Source: Amoebophrya sp. A120
Taxonomy: Eukaryota > Protista > Dinoflagellata
NCBI GenBank assembly: GCA_905178155.1
Contig: CAJINV010000035.1
Coordinates: 1,879-65,878 of the forward strand
DNA: 64,000 bases
Reading direction: 5' to 3'
Shown here: positions 1 to 11,207 of the stretch, piece by piece
How positions within the stretch are numbered: position 1 is the first letter of the stretch
Layout: every line of letters begins with the position of its first letter
Position numbers and translations under genes: made by a program
Notes under the pieces: model-generated
Database searches by the model: none
What the model was told of the DNA's origin: nothing
What the model saw: the letters and a program-made list of their open reading frames with translations, nothing else

Positions 1-86
1 TCTCCACAGACGTTTTCACGCCAAAAATTCAGCGGCTCAGCAACCTCTTGCTTCAAGCTGTGTCTGGCCTGGGACTGCATGATCTT

Positions 87-3000
87 CTACCGCATAGCTG
101 CATCTGGCTCTTCGGGTTTCCCACAGAAAAGTACGCCGCTACCAGAAAAGGATCAAATTTATGTTGCCCAGTTACCAGCACTGCATCAACAAAAGTCTGC
201 AAAAATGCGGAGACCGCAAGAGACACACTGCTTTGTCGTGGAGAAAATATATCCAGCTTTTTGCTGCACTACGGCAGGCGAGGGGTTAGAGATGTAAGCG
301 AAAAAGTTTGTCATGTCGAACAGCCCAGGCGACGCTCCTTTTTTACTCAAGTGCCAATAGCCTGATCTTTTTTTCTGGCATGGGTGTGCCTTTTGTGTAA
401 GATATGCGGGAGCAAAAACTCCTGCTGCTGCGGTCCTGCTTGGGCGGGTGGAGCGGGAGGTGCAGCGGGGTCGCGAAACGGCAGTCTCTGTTGCTTATTC
501 AAATTCGTCCTCTTCATCTATGAGGGTGCGCAACTACTCCGCCTTCCAGCAATGACATAAACAGCAGCAAAAGCCTAAGCCCCACCAAGAACAGTACAGG
601 CTTTGCATGACCATGAGTCAAATCGACACAAGGCTTTTTTTGCTAGTGGGGATTCCAAAGTAGCACCTCCGATTTGGTACTGATTTTGCATGACAAATAA
701 GTTGGTGCAGGAGGGGCGGTTACGCACTCTCATATCATTGTGCCGGGGAAGTAAAAATTCTGGTTCTCTTCGTCCTGGTCAGTATGGATTGCAAATATGT
801 CTGGGGTTCTTCGAATAGTGAAAGACCTGCCAAGCTGATCTGCCATGCTCCTGATCTACTCTGGTATGCACATTGCTGTGTAAAAATAGCTGGAGACAGG
901 TGGTCCTTTGTCATGCAAAAACGTGCCAGCTTTTGGTGCATCTACGCACTGGACACTGCGTTACCGCTCCAACAGCTACATAAAAAATAACTCTGGACTC
1001 AGTGATATTAGTCATTCACACGAACTGCACTCGTTGCACGACTACTTTTCCCGAGGACTCCGACATGTTTGCACTAGGTAGTCGGACTCCTGCCACCACC
1101 CCTCGTACACCGATTCGGCATCATCGTCGACCGCGCCTCCCTCCTCCTCGGGCACTGCCACCGCGTCGACCGGTGCTGGGGCGCCTGCTATGGAGTTCTC
1201 ACACGTGTTGACAGTGTCAGCCGTGACATCACGACGAGCAATTTGTGCTGTGAGAATGGCAAAAGTGTCGAAAAAGTCTGCTCGTCTTGAGCCTACAAAT
1301 TCAAATTTGACCAACGGATAATTATACTTGTCTCCACGCCGGGACTGAGCAGCGCTGCGAGAATTTGAATTTGTCATGCGAATAAATAGCTTGATGGTCG
1401 TGTTGTTGAGTGATGGCAATTTTGCATCAGTGCAAATCATGTACCGCGTGAGAACTCCATAGCTGCGACATCGCTGTTCTCATGGACGCTATCTTCGCGC
1501 TCACCGTCTTCTTGCTCCACACCATCCTGTATGCATTGCAAATATGTCTGGGCGGTCGGGAAAGTTCGAACTTGTCGTGCCCAGTTTCTATTCCTGTGAA
1601 CAATCTGTATTGCATGACCAACATAATAAACTCGTAGCCTCCTGTTTTATCGTACGAAGCCGCACCTTCATCTGCGGACTGCGTATGACAAAGGCAAACC
1701 GTTCTGCAAGCTCGTCATGCTCGACTTCTGCATGCGGGAAGGGGTGCTGTTTATCATCCGCAATTCAGCATCACATCTTTCCCGACGCAGACATATTTGC
1801 AGTCCTTATCCTGTTCCGCGCTCTGCTCGAACTCCGACATTTCGTAGAAGTATGAAAGTGCGCAACCCCACCTCTTCCCCGGCATCTGTAATGCAAAATA
1901 CAAACCCCACATGTTGACAACTTTAAGCATTGTCTGCATGAGAAATTTTGGAACCTAACACAGTACTAGAATCCGTTTGCAGATTTGTCATGCGGAACAA
2001 GTCCCTTTTTCACTCTTATTGTGTGTGCTGCTGTTGATACATGCTACACAAATGAGAAGAAGGAAGAGTTGTGCACTCTCATACGAAGTTGTCGTTCATT
2101 ACGAGTGGACCGTCCTCCAAGACTTGCTCCGTCTCTTCGTGTATCAACTGCAACTATGCCTGGATCTGAAAGATATAGTGAACGTCTGTAATGCACATTT
2201 TTCATGACCGATTATAATGCCTGTGATGATATACAACCTAGCACCACAGATTTTCGTCTTATTTTGAGGGCTTCTCACCAAATGCCTATTCCGCATGAGA
2301 ACAAATGCCCATAACTCCTCGCAGCTAGTATAAGCGACTGGACTCCTGTTTTCTTGCTGCTCATGCAATACAGATTCTGTTTAGCATCCGAAACGCGCAT
2401 CACAAGTTGCAGGCGTCCAGACCTAGACAAAATTGCGACGCATATCCTCGTCGTCCTCGTCTTCCTCGTCCAACACGTTCCGTTTTTTCATGGCTATGGC
2501 TTGATCAATTGCTACAGTCTCAAGCGCTACAATCGCAATTTCGATTTTGTGTTGCGTGAGCAGAGCATGACCAACGTAGTACACAATCTTGGCCGTTAAC
2601 GTTATTTCACCGGGGATTATGAATTCACAGGGGGGCGGCAGCTAGGGAGCTTGTCATGCGCAAATCCTCCGTCGAAGCACGCTAGATGATTATGCACTTT
2701 CTGCATGTTATACAGATTTCTGCTTGCAGCTTTCCGCTTCTGTTGTAACGCTTGAGACTGCAGAGTACACCTGAGCAGGTCATATTCTTCTTCTTCTTTT
2801 TCTTCTTAGTCCTCGGCCAGCCCGCCCACACTTTCTGGTTGCGCTCGTGGAGCAGCTGCCCGTATTTCGCAGCCTGCTTTTTCTCCTCTGTTATCATGAG
2901 CAAAAGTCCCCCCTCCCCATAGTGAAGCAATCTGCTTCATCCCCTGAAGATAGAAACGCGGCTCTGATTTGATGTGGCCACCACTCGCGACGGTCTTGCA

Positions 3001-6000
3001 ACAAGGCAAATGCGCGAGAGCCGAGTAAGGATCTGCCTGGTGATGTGTTGCTGTTGGTCGCAAGCTGCAATACCGACGCGACCTATGGGGCACGCACATC
3101 CCCCCGTGGCACAGATTTCTATCGGAGCAGAGGGAGGCAGAGGGGGGGAGATTTCTCCTGATATCCGTGTCGTTTTTCAGGTTTGCCGGAGCATCCCCCA
3201 GGTGCGGGCGGAGGTAGATCGTGTCCTCTTCCGCTGTTCCCCAGCAGAACTTGTCCCGCCATTGCTGTTTCGACAGCGCGGCCAGCTTGTCGCTGAAGAG
3301 CAACTTCTTCTCTGGGTCCAGATCATTGAGCATCTGTTTCGTGCAGTGCGGAACGAGGTGGCGGTCTGCTGCGGGAGCGGCCGGCCCAGCACCGTTACGA
3401 TCGCTGTCGGATGAGCCTATCCTGTGGAAAAACGTCCCAGCCCCAGAATCAAGATGGAGAATTTGCAAGACAAATCAGCAAGCTTTGGCTGTTGGGCATG
3501 ACAAGTTTGGCCTCGTAGAAGTGTAATCCTGTTATAGCTATTTCAGCAGCATCACAGATTTAGCACATGATGCTGATTGGAGCATGACAAATTCCGAGAC
3601 GCAACTAGAAAATGCTTCTCATGGGGCTCAGCACAAGAGACATTCTCACCCTGCGAATTCGCATGACAACTCTGGGCTGGGGACGTTTTTCCACGGGATA
3701 GCGTCGTCGCTTGGTTCATCTTGTCGCCCCAGTATACCGCGGAGAATTTCTTTCTTGTGCAGCGAAATGTTGACAGAGCCACTGCAGGTCGGCGCCGCAA
3801 AGACGGCAAAGGTGGACCTTCCTGTGCTCGCGAAAATCGCATGGTCCTTCCTGTTGGTGTCGTCGAATATGCATAGTGCAAATATGTCCTCTGGGTCTCC
3901 TGGAAAGATGTAGCTCGTCATGATGAGAAGTCTCGATGATCATAGAAAAAAAAATTGTGTTTCATCTCCAAGAGCTAATGTCCTGTTGCTGGTAAGGAGT
4001 AAGTGGGGTTCTCATGCGGAATAAGCATCAAGCAGGCCGCACAAAATGAATCTGTGGTGCTCCCTCTGTGAGCATCAGCATTCCAGATCACCTGCGTGGT
4101 CTGCGAGAAGATGCATGACAAATTTCATCCAGGCCGACCCGGACATTTTTGCATTTGATATGGAGAAATGGCTCTGCCTCCCAGTCAAATACACCGGCCG
4201 CTGCTTTTCGTGTCCCGTCGGGAAGTACGAGGACCACGACCAGGCTGGACGTCTTCAGGTACGCTGCTTTGGGGTGTTTGCGCACCGTTCCGGGAACCGT
4301 CGGAAAAGTGGACCAGTACTGCAGAATCGCGTCCGAGAGCATCCCGTCGAGGTTATGACCTGCTCAAACGTTACAATCTCAAACGTTACAATAGAATTTG
4401 GAAATCTGTGATGCAAGAAGTGCATGATCTAGCCAACTCTCATAGGATTGCGCATGACAAGTTCTGGAGTCCCAATCCGCACTACAATCTGGCGAAATTT
4501 GTATTGCAGAAAGTGGAATGCTGTCCGACTCTGTCATGTTCATCATGCAAGACGAAATCCAGATTCTATTGTAACGTTTGAGATTGTAACGTTTGAACAG
4601 GTCATAGAGGTTCGCGATACTTTCTCCGTTCACCAGCAGGGGGTTTGCGTCGTCAGCTATGCCCGCCGGAACCAGGGTTTCGATGGTTTTATCGCTCGCC
4701 GGGGACACCTTGAACACGCAGAGCTTCGCGGCCACCGAATCTTCCGGGCGTATATCAAAGGAAAATACGTGTCGGTCTGGAAGCTTGTGACGCTGGGTGG
4801 AGGCGATAATGATTGACCCTGCCAAGCAGAAGCATGACAAATTTTTACAACACTTCCCAATGCGTGATGCGCATTTGAGACAAGTAGAAATGCGTTTTTG
4901 CATCACAACGCCGTTCTTTGTTGGTCATGCAATATGAAAGATTTATTTACAACTCCAGATGGTGCAGCGGCATCACTTTTCAAGACCTAGACACATTTGC
5001 AGTCGATAGTCCAAAGCGTCGTACCACCGCAAAATTTATGCATTGCAAATATGTCTTCAAGATCTGGATTTGACATGCAAGATTTCGAGGCCAACAGCAT
5101 GATCTGAATCTGTGACGCATGATAAATACATCAAGTCATAGGCTTTTTCGTCGTGCTACAACCCAATTTGTCATGCGTTTCAGGAATGTCTTCGAGCACA
5201 GACATATGTGCACTTCGTAACACCTGCTCCCGCATCGCAGTAATCGGCATGATGTCGCTGATATGCACTGCAAACATATTTGGGTCCTCTGGAAATTTCT
5301 GATGCTCAAATGTGCATGATGACAACACTGCCTTGTTATGCAGGAAAACATGACAGAGACAAGTTTGCAGAACGCCCTCTCATACGGACTTCGCATGAGG
5401 GAGTGCGTTTTTGCATAAGAAAGGAAGCTGCTCGCTTGCAGCACATGCAAGACAGATTTTCCGGGAATGCAAGACAAGCATGACGAGCTCCACCTTTCCA
5501 GACCCGGACACCTCTGCATGTGATAGTTGACCACGTGGAAATCTTCATCCGCCATCACGTCGGTAACGTCGAGGTATCCTGAAGAAACACGTCCCGACCC
5601 CAAAATTGTCACGCAGACTCGCATCTGCTGTACTTGCACTTCCAAAGCGGCACTCGCATTTATGCACACTTCCAGGATGCAAGACATCATCTGTAGTCGT
5701 GGTCTGAGTAACTTGTCAAGATAAGGAAGCGGCTTTGCTGTGCTGCTCTCCTCGCAGGCCTGCACGACTGCACAAAATCCCGCCGAGCTACCTTCTGGAT
5801 TTGTGTTGGAGAGTGCAGCCCAGCCGGTTGGCTAGGAGGTGGGGATGTTTTTCCTCAGGGTAGCCGCCGCTCGTTCAATATGCGGGGGATGCTCTGGGCC
5901 ATGTCCGCGATTTCGATGCCGGTCGTGCCAAAGAGCGCGACGGCTGTGGCGAGCGTGAAGGAATCGCGCCCCGAGTGGTCTGTGCCGCCCGTACACGCGT

Positions 6001-9000
6001 CCCCCGCCGTCACGGGTACCGCGGCGATGTGCTCGCCTTCGTTACGTTGCAGCAGCGCAACGAGCGTCCCCGCCCTTCTGTTTGCCCGCGGAATCGAATG
6101 CTGTTGCAACCCCGGCTGGAGCCACGGCGGGAAGTTGGTCCATGGGTTCAGAAGATTGTTCTGGTCGTACTTCACTTCCAGGAAATGCAAGTTTTTGCGA
6201 TTGGTCAAAAAATTCATATCGATGCGCCGCCCGTCATATCGAATGCAAATGTGTCTGGGTAGCGGTCTGGGAAGCTGCAGGAGTCTGTCATGCAGCTTTT
6301 CCACTGTCAGTGAGCTCGGCAATGCGGAGCGTAGCATCACAAGATCTGAGACCTACCCCCTCCTGCATGTTGGGGACGCCCGCTCAACATAAAACGAAAG
6401 TGGGTAGCTTTTGGTAGAAATTCTTCATGCAATCGCAACTAGACATACACAAATTTGTGATAGATCTAAGGACAAGCCGCATCACAAGTTTGCACGTTCC
6501 CCGACCCAGATACATTTTTTGCAGCGAGTATCTTCACCACCTCCACTGTCGGAATCGACGGTCCTGGAAACTCGTGGTATCGACCAGAAAAGTACACCCA
6601 TATTTTCAGATGAAGAAACTCTTCCTCTGATCAAGAATCGATCTCCGACAGTGCATACATCCGCTTTATTGCTGCATGACAGGTCTCCGCCGCTCTGGCG
6701 GATCACCATCACAGAGGAAGGCTCCACGTTGCGCCAGCAGTGACAGCTGTGAAAGTTTCTTTCTCTTCTGGTAATATGGGCGTGCTTTGTTTTATCTCTC
6801 GGATACGTAACCGTCTTGGGGCGTTCGCAGGAGGTCGTGTGCAGCACCAGCGGGGTCCAAGTCCAGCACGGCGAGCCTGCCCTCCCCCATCTGTTGCAGC
6901 CAAGCCCAGACTATGCATCGCGAATATGTCTGGGGCTGGAAATTTCAATTTGTGATGCTAGTTTGCGGCGAACCATAAGCAGCCTACAATATAAGTAGAC
7001 ACGCGCATGACAAGCTTCTGAGCGACTTGGTCTTGCGTAGACTGCATGACAAACTGTTTTTTTTTTTATTTTGCATCACAAAAGCATAGCTTGCTGGTAG
7101 CGTAATACTATGCATGACAGATCTTTCTCTTTGTCTTTTGTCAGCAGAGCATATACAAATCTTGCGATCTTCCAGACCAGACATATTTGCACTTGATACA
7201 GATTTGCTGTTTCCAGGCGTTTATCGGAACCGGTGCAGTCGCGAAGGCCACTTTCCCCGCCTGGTTGACGGATTGCTGCGATTTCATTTGTTCCGTCAGG
7301 AGCTCCTGCCGTATCAGTTCCTTGTCCTCCTCGAGCTTCTCAGCCCTCTGCTCGAGCTGTGAGCGCTGCTCGTAGAGATTGTCATAAGCGTTACGCTTCG
7401 CTACCAGCTCGCCCTGCAGCCTTTCGTTCGCGGCGCTCATCGCGTCGTTCTCGGCTCTCCTCGCGAGCAACTGCGCTATTGTGAGAACAGTCTCTCTACC
7501 CCATACTCAAAAGCGAGTCTCGGAGTGCTGTTTTCGTGACGAACTAACTTTATTCTATTGCTTCTGGTAATGAATAGCGGGGTGAGGGTAGTCGACGTAT
7601 AATATTTACAAACAGAGGAAGGGGTGCAGCGGTCGTCAAGAATTACTTATGTTCCTCATGCTCGGAACCATAAAAACGTATACTCATATATACGAACAAC
7701 TTTGTCGACAGAAATAGAAATTCGAGGGCCCTGCTGTAGGTAACACCCGGGCACGACCATTATTTGCGTTTATACAAATCAACACCACAGCTTCTGGCCC
7801 TCGTTTTGAGTATGGGGCGGGGAGATCCTCATTGCCATACCGGCTTCCTGCTGTTCGTTGCGGGTTGTGAGCTGCGCCACCTGCTGTACTAAATCTGCAG
7901 CGGCCTCGTGGTCCGGTTCCGCGATGATGTTGTAGAGCTGCGCCGTTTATCAAATGCAGAAGTGTCTGAGTCTGGAAACTTGTGATGCTGGGTGGCGTAT
8001 CATGATGAGGCCGCAAGTGCTGGCCCAGCATGACAAGTTTGTGAGCTTCTAGGTGTTGCCTATTGTCCATGACGAACTGCGTTTCTGCATGCCAGAAAAA
8101 TAAAGCTCTTGGGCAACGTGCGTGACAGATTCAAGAGTCATGCCAGACAAGCATGACAAACATGCATTCTTCCAGACCCAGACACTTTTGCACTTGATAC
8201 CATTGTGCTCGCGAAGAACGTTATCTCGGGCACCGACGAGGACAGTGGGTACGTCTCCGACAACGCCGGGGATGATGCGCCCGAGTGCACAAAGGTAAAT
8301 GTTGCCGCTTCGCTTTCCGGGACCAGCAGTTTTGCCACGTGCTTCACGGAGCCGTGCCGGTGTCGGAGGACCGCGATAACGGTGGTCTGGCCGGCTAGTC
8401 GCAAGAAGTTCTTGCCGGCTCGTTCCAAGTAGTACGTGAGCTTCTGCTTTATCATTTCTTCCGGCGCCGCGTCCTTCACGAGGTCCGGGTTGTTCTGCAA
8501 TCGTCCGTATGCATTGCAAAAGTAAAAGCATCGTACTAGTTCTAGTATGAATTGCATTACAAATTACCTAAGCAAGACAAATGAAATTCGTCATGCTAAA
8601 TTACCTTGGGATGGAGATTTGTAATGCATAATTGCAATGACTACGAATGCGATACTTTTGCACAGGATAGTTCGAGACGCGGGCAGTCAGGATTTTCTGG
8701 GTGGAAGCGATAGTCTGACGCCAGGTCCTGAATCTTCTTCACGTCCAACAGCGGAACCTTCTTAGGCTCCGCCGGCGGGTCCCCGGGCATGGGGTTTTCT
8801 CCTTCTGGCCACGTGAGGAGGTCGCACACCTCTCCGCGGGAGTTGCTGACTTGCAGCATGACGAGCATGATGTCGAGGTTCCAGTCCCACTTTGCCTCCG
8901 CGTTTGCGGCCTTGATCGAATTCCACGAGCGCAGCGTCTCCACCCTCAACTCCTCTACCCAACTATGCTGTGCAAAAGCATCGCACTCGTAGTAATCGCA

Positions 9001-9287
9001 GTCATGCATTACAAATCTCCATCGCCATCCCAAGGTAAAAGAGCATGACAAATTCCATTTGTGACGCTGAGCTAATTTGTATTGCAAGTACTACTAGTAC
9101 GATACTTTTGCAGTTCGTACCAACGACGGAGCTGTAATTCAAAAGCGCGGGCAGCTGGCAGAGTAGACGACCCGAACTGGTCCACGGCCTCGGCCGGATG
9201 TAGGCGTAGCGCTGTTTTGCAGGTCGCGGAAGGAGCGGAAGCGGCGGGTCGCGGAACCGGCGCCACTTCTTCGTTTTCCTCTTCCAT
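87..9287 (-). CDS. Hypothetical protein (~1023 aa) split by 23 TIR introner introns
   Basis: Removing each element plus 5 nt (117-404, 519-734, 783-1080, 1189-1461, 1530-1808, 1851-2083, 2142-2444, 2495-2784, 2892-3163, 3418-3700, 3868-4160, 4354-4606, 4753-5008, 5037-5219, 5262-5525, 5575-5862, 6237-6530, 6578-6805, 6912-7198, 7477-7839, 7948-8199, 8508-8669, 8964-9119) gives one continuous 3072-nt ORF from ATG 9287 to TAG 87-89. It has a coiled-coil-like part (7200-7476) and an acidic C-terminal part. Start and last exon are less certain. Confidence 0.8.
1189..1461. mobile_element. Introner element, TATGGAGTTCTCA family
   Basis: Perfect 14-nt TIR tatggagttctcac; flanks cctgc/gctgc; frame restored by element+5. 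Confidence 0.85.
1530..1808. mobile_element. Introner element, family A (TGCAAATATGTCTGGG)
   Basis: TA termini, imperfect TIR, perfect 5-bp flanking repeat tcctg/tcctg. Confidence 0.85.
1851..2083. mobile_element. Introner element, TATGAGAGTGCACAAC family
   Basis: TIR tatgaaagtgcgcaac / tatgagagtgcacaac; flanks agaag/cgaag. Related copies at 519-734 and 41909-42117. Confidence 0.8.
3418..3700. mobile_element. Introner element, TATCC..GGAAAAACGTCCC family
   Basis: About 30-nt TIR; flanks gagcc/gcgtc. Related copies at 5575-5862 and 46601-46897. Confidence 0.8.
4354..4606. mobile_element. Introner element with 44-nt TIR
   Basis: TIR tatgacctg(c/t)tcaaacgttacaatctcaaacgttacaatagaat with 1 mismatch; perfect flanks gaggt/gaggt; removing 258 nt joins ESIANL to DGMLSDAIL. 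Confidence 0.92.
7948..8199. mobile_element. Introner element, family A
   Basis: TIR tatcaaatgcagaagtgtctgagtctggaa / ttccagacccagacacttttgcacttgata; flanks ccgtt/ccatt; closely similar to 28724-28975 and 34813-35064. Confidence 0.9.
8964..9119. mobile_element. Introner element, family B (TGCAAAAGTATCG, ~150-160 nt)
   Basis: TA termini, TIR, perfect flanks ccaac/ccaac. Same family at 8508-8669, 16229-16380, 21631-21783, 23505-23656, 27389-27538, 49188-49350, 51176-51324. Confidence 0.88.
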
Positions 9288-9308
9288 CGAAGACTTGCGA
9301 CGTTTTTG

Positions 9309-9600
9309 TATGCATTGCAAATATGTCCTCTGGGTCTAGAACAGATGCAACTTGTCATACAACTGCGGCTGCATCTTCCAAAAATCTGTGTTGCTGCCCG
9401 ATTGCCAAAAGTTGTCCACTTCTGACCAGGCACAGAGGCAGCCTCTCATGCAGGAGAGGCACAATAGAGATATCAGTCTCACACTCACAGAATCGGTCAT
9501 GCTGTTGGCCCGGCATGCGCATGCCAGACGCTCTGGGTCATGCAAGTTTTGCATGGCAAGTCGCCTCTTCCTCCAGACCCAAACGTATTTGCATTTGATA
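9309..9600. mobile_element. Introner-family A element upstream of (or in 5' UTR of) the first gene
   Basis: TA termini, family A TIR, flanks ttttg/ttctg. Confidence 0.8.
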
Positions 9601-9876
9601 TTCTGTACCGGGGAGCATCGAGGCCCCTCCCCCTCTGGATCTGTGTTGCGTTTTCGGTGAAGAATGAGGAATGAATGTCGAGACTAGTAGAAGTCCATGC
9701 GTTTTGCACAAAAGCTTCTCGCCATATTTCTGTGGCTAAGAAAAGGAAATCATGGCGCGCTTGCGTCTGGAACTGAAAGAAAGAACCCACATGCATGCGA
9801 GATGAGTAGAAGTAACTCGGAAGGCCAAAACTCACAAAACCATCTTGAGTACCTGCACCATCGACCGTGGGGCTAC

Positions 9877-10560
9877 TCATTGCTCTTGAGCCAAGGGGTT
9901 TTGTCGTGGTGAGGTAGAAGAGGTCCCTGACACTCCTGACGAGTAGTGGTCGCTTATTGTTGAGACAGGACGTTGCTCACCAGCCGCTGGTCCTCGCACA
10001 GCTGCTTTCGGGGGTCCTGTCGGAATTGCTGGCGTGGGAGCTGCAACAGCTGTTGCAGTGCTAGCAGAAATGAGAATGATACCCGAGGACGGTGAGGTAA
10101 CTGTTGATGTAGAAGTTACAGAAGCTGTATTCGTACTATACCTCGTCGACGCATGTATTTTCCACACCACTTCGACCAGTTCCACTCCCTTCTCTGCAGG
10201 AGCAGTTCCAGTCCAACCAGTTCGAGGAAAAAACAAGAAGAGGTTTTGACAAAAACACTACAAGACTCGTGCAATTTAATACTTCATCACATTTTGACTT
10301 GTTTGTCGACCACTACCGAATCTACGATATTATCGTCGAAGATCTCCTACTGCGATTTCAACTCCTACTCTCGAGATCGTCAAGCCGACTAGATAGAAGC
10401 AAACGAGGTGATGCTAGTACGAATAAGTAGGTCTTCTAAAGAGAGCTGCGGGGTCTGATTCTTCTGCATAGAGTTGCAAAATCTTTGGCGTCACAAACCT
10501 GCTGAGAAGAAGTATCTTTTTCGATCGGGAAATTTCATCCACCTTGTTTTGCGCGGTATT
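9877..10560 (-). pseudogene. Diverged partial duplicate of the 3' part and downstream region of the DIS3L2-like locus
   Basis: 10138-10195 encodes GVELVEVVWKIHASTRY, matching GVELVGVVWKIHASTRY at ~20931-20990. 10283-10560 aligns by eye with 19832-20170. Confidence 0.6.
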
Positions 10561-11207
10561 TTTAGTTTTGATCTTCTTTTTGACACTGAATAGAGTAGTC
10601 GCACAACTTACATACTATTTCGTCAGTAAAAAAAAACAAACGGACGCTCGTAGAAGATGAAGGTTTCATTCTAGTACAAAGAAGTCTGCGGTCGTAGGTA
10701 GGTGTTGTAAGAACTACTTCATTTCTACTCCTGGGGACGAAAAAAAAAACGCTCGAAGTGATACTCGGGCTCGGGGTAGTTTCGAGTCGAGAAAAAAAAA
10801 AAAACCGAAATTGGCCGTCGAATAACAATCTTAATCCTAAATGGAATGCGAGTGGTGCGGGCTTCTGACAACCACTGTTTTCATCTACGCCTGTCGGCGT
10901 GTCTATTCGAAGATTGGGCACTGAGCACTCGTTTTGGTGTTTCCTTTCTGCGTTTTTATTTTCAGATGGTTTCATGTTCACCTACCAGCCGGGAACGGCA
11001 TTGCGTACTTTGTTCACCTTTTCACCTTTTTGTAGCTCCTGTCGGGTCCTCGACCTCGTGTAGTGGGGACAACAAAACACTTTCCGATGAGTAAGTACAC
11101 TTCTTTCCTTTATCTACACTTCTCGCGACTTTCACCGGAGCAGTGTTGCTTTTTTGCGTCTACATCATGGTTGCGCGGGATGGCAGACAAGGACGCGAAG
11201 TGGTGGA

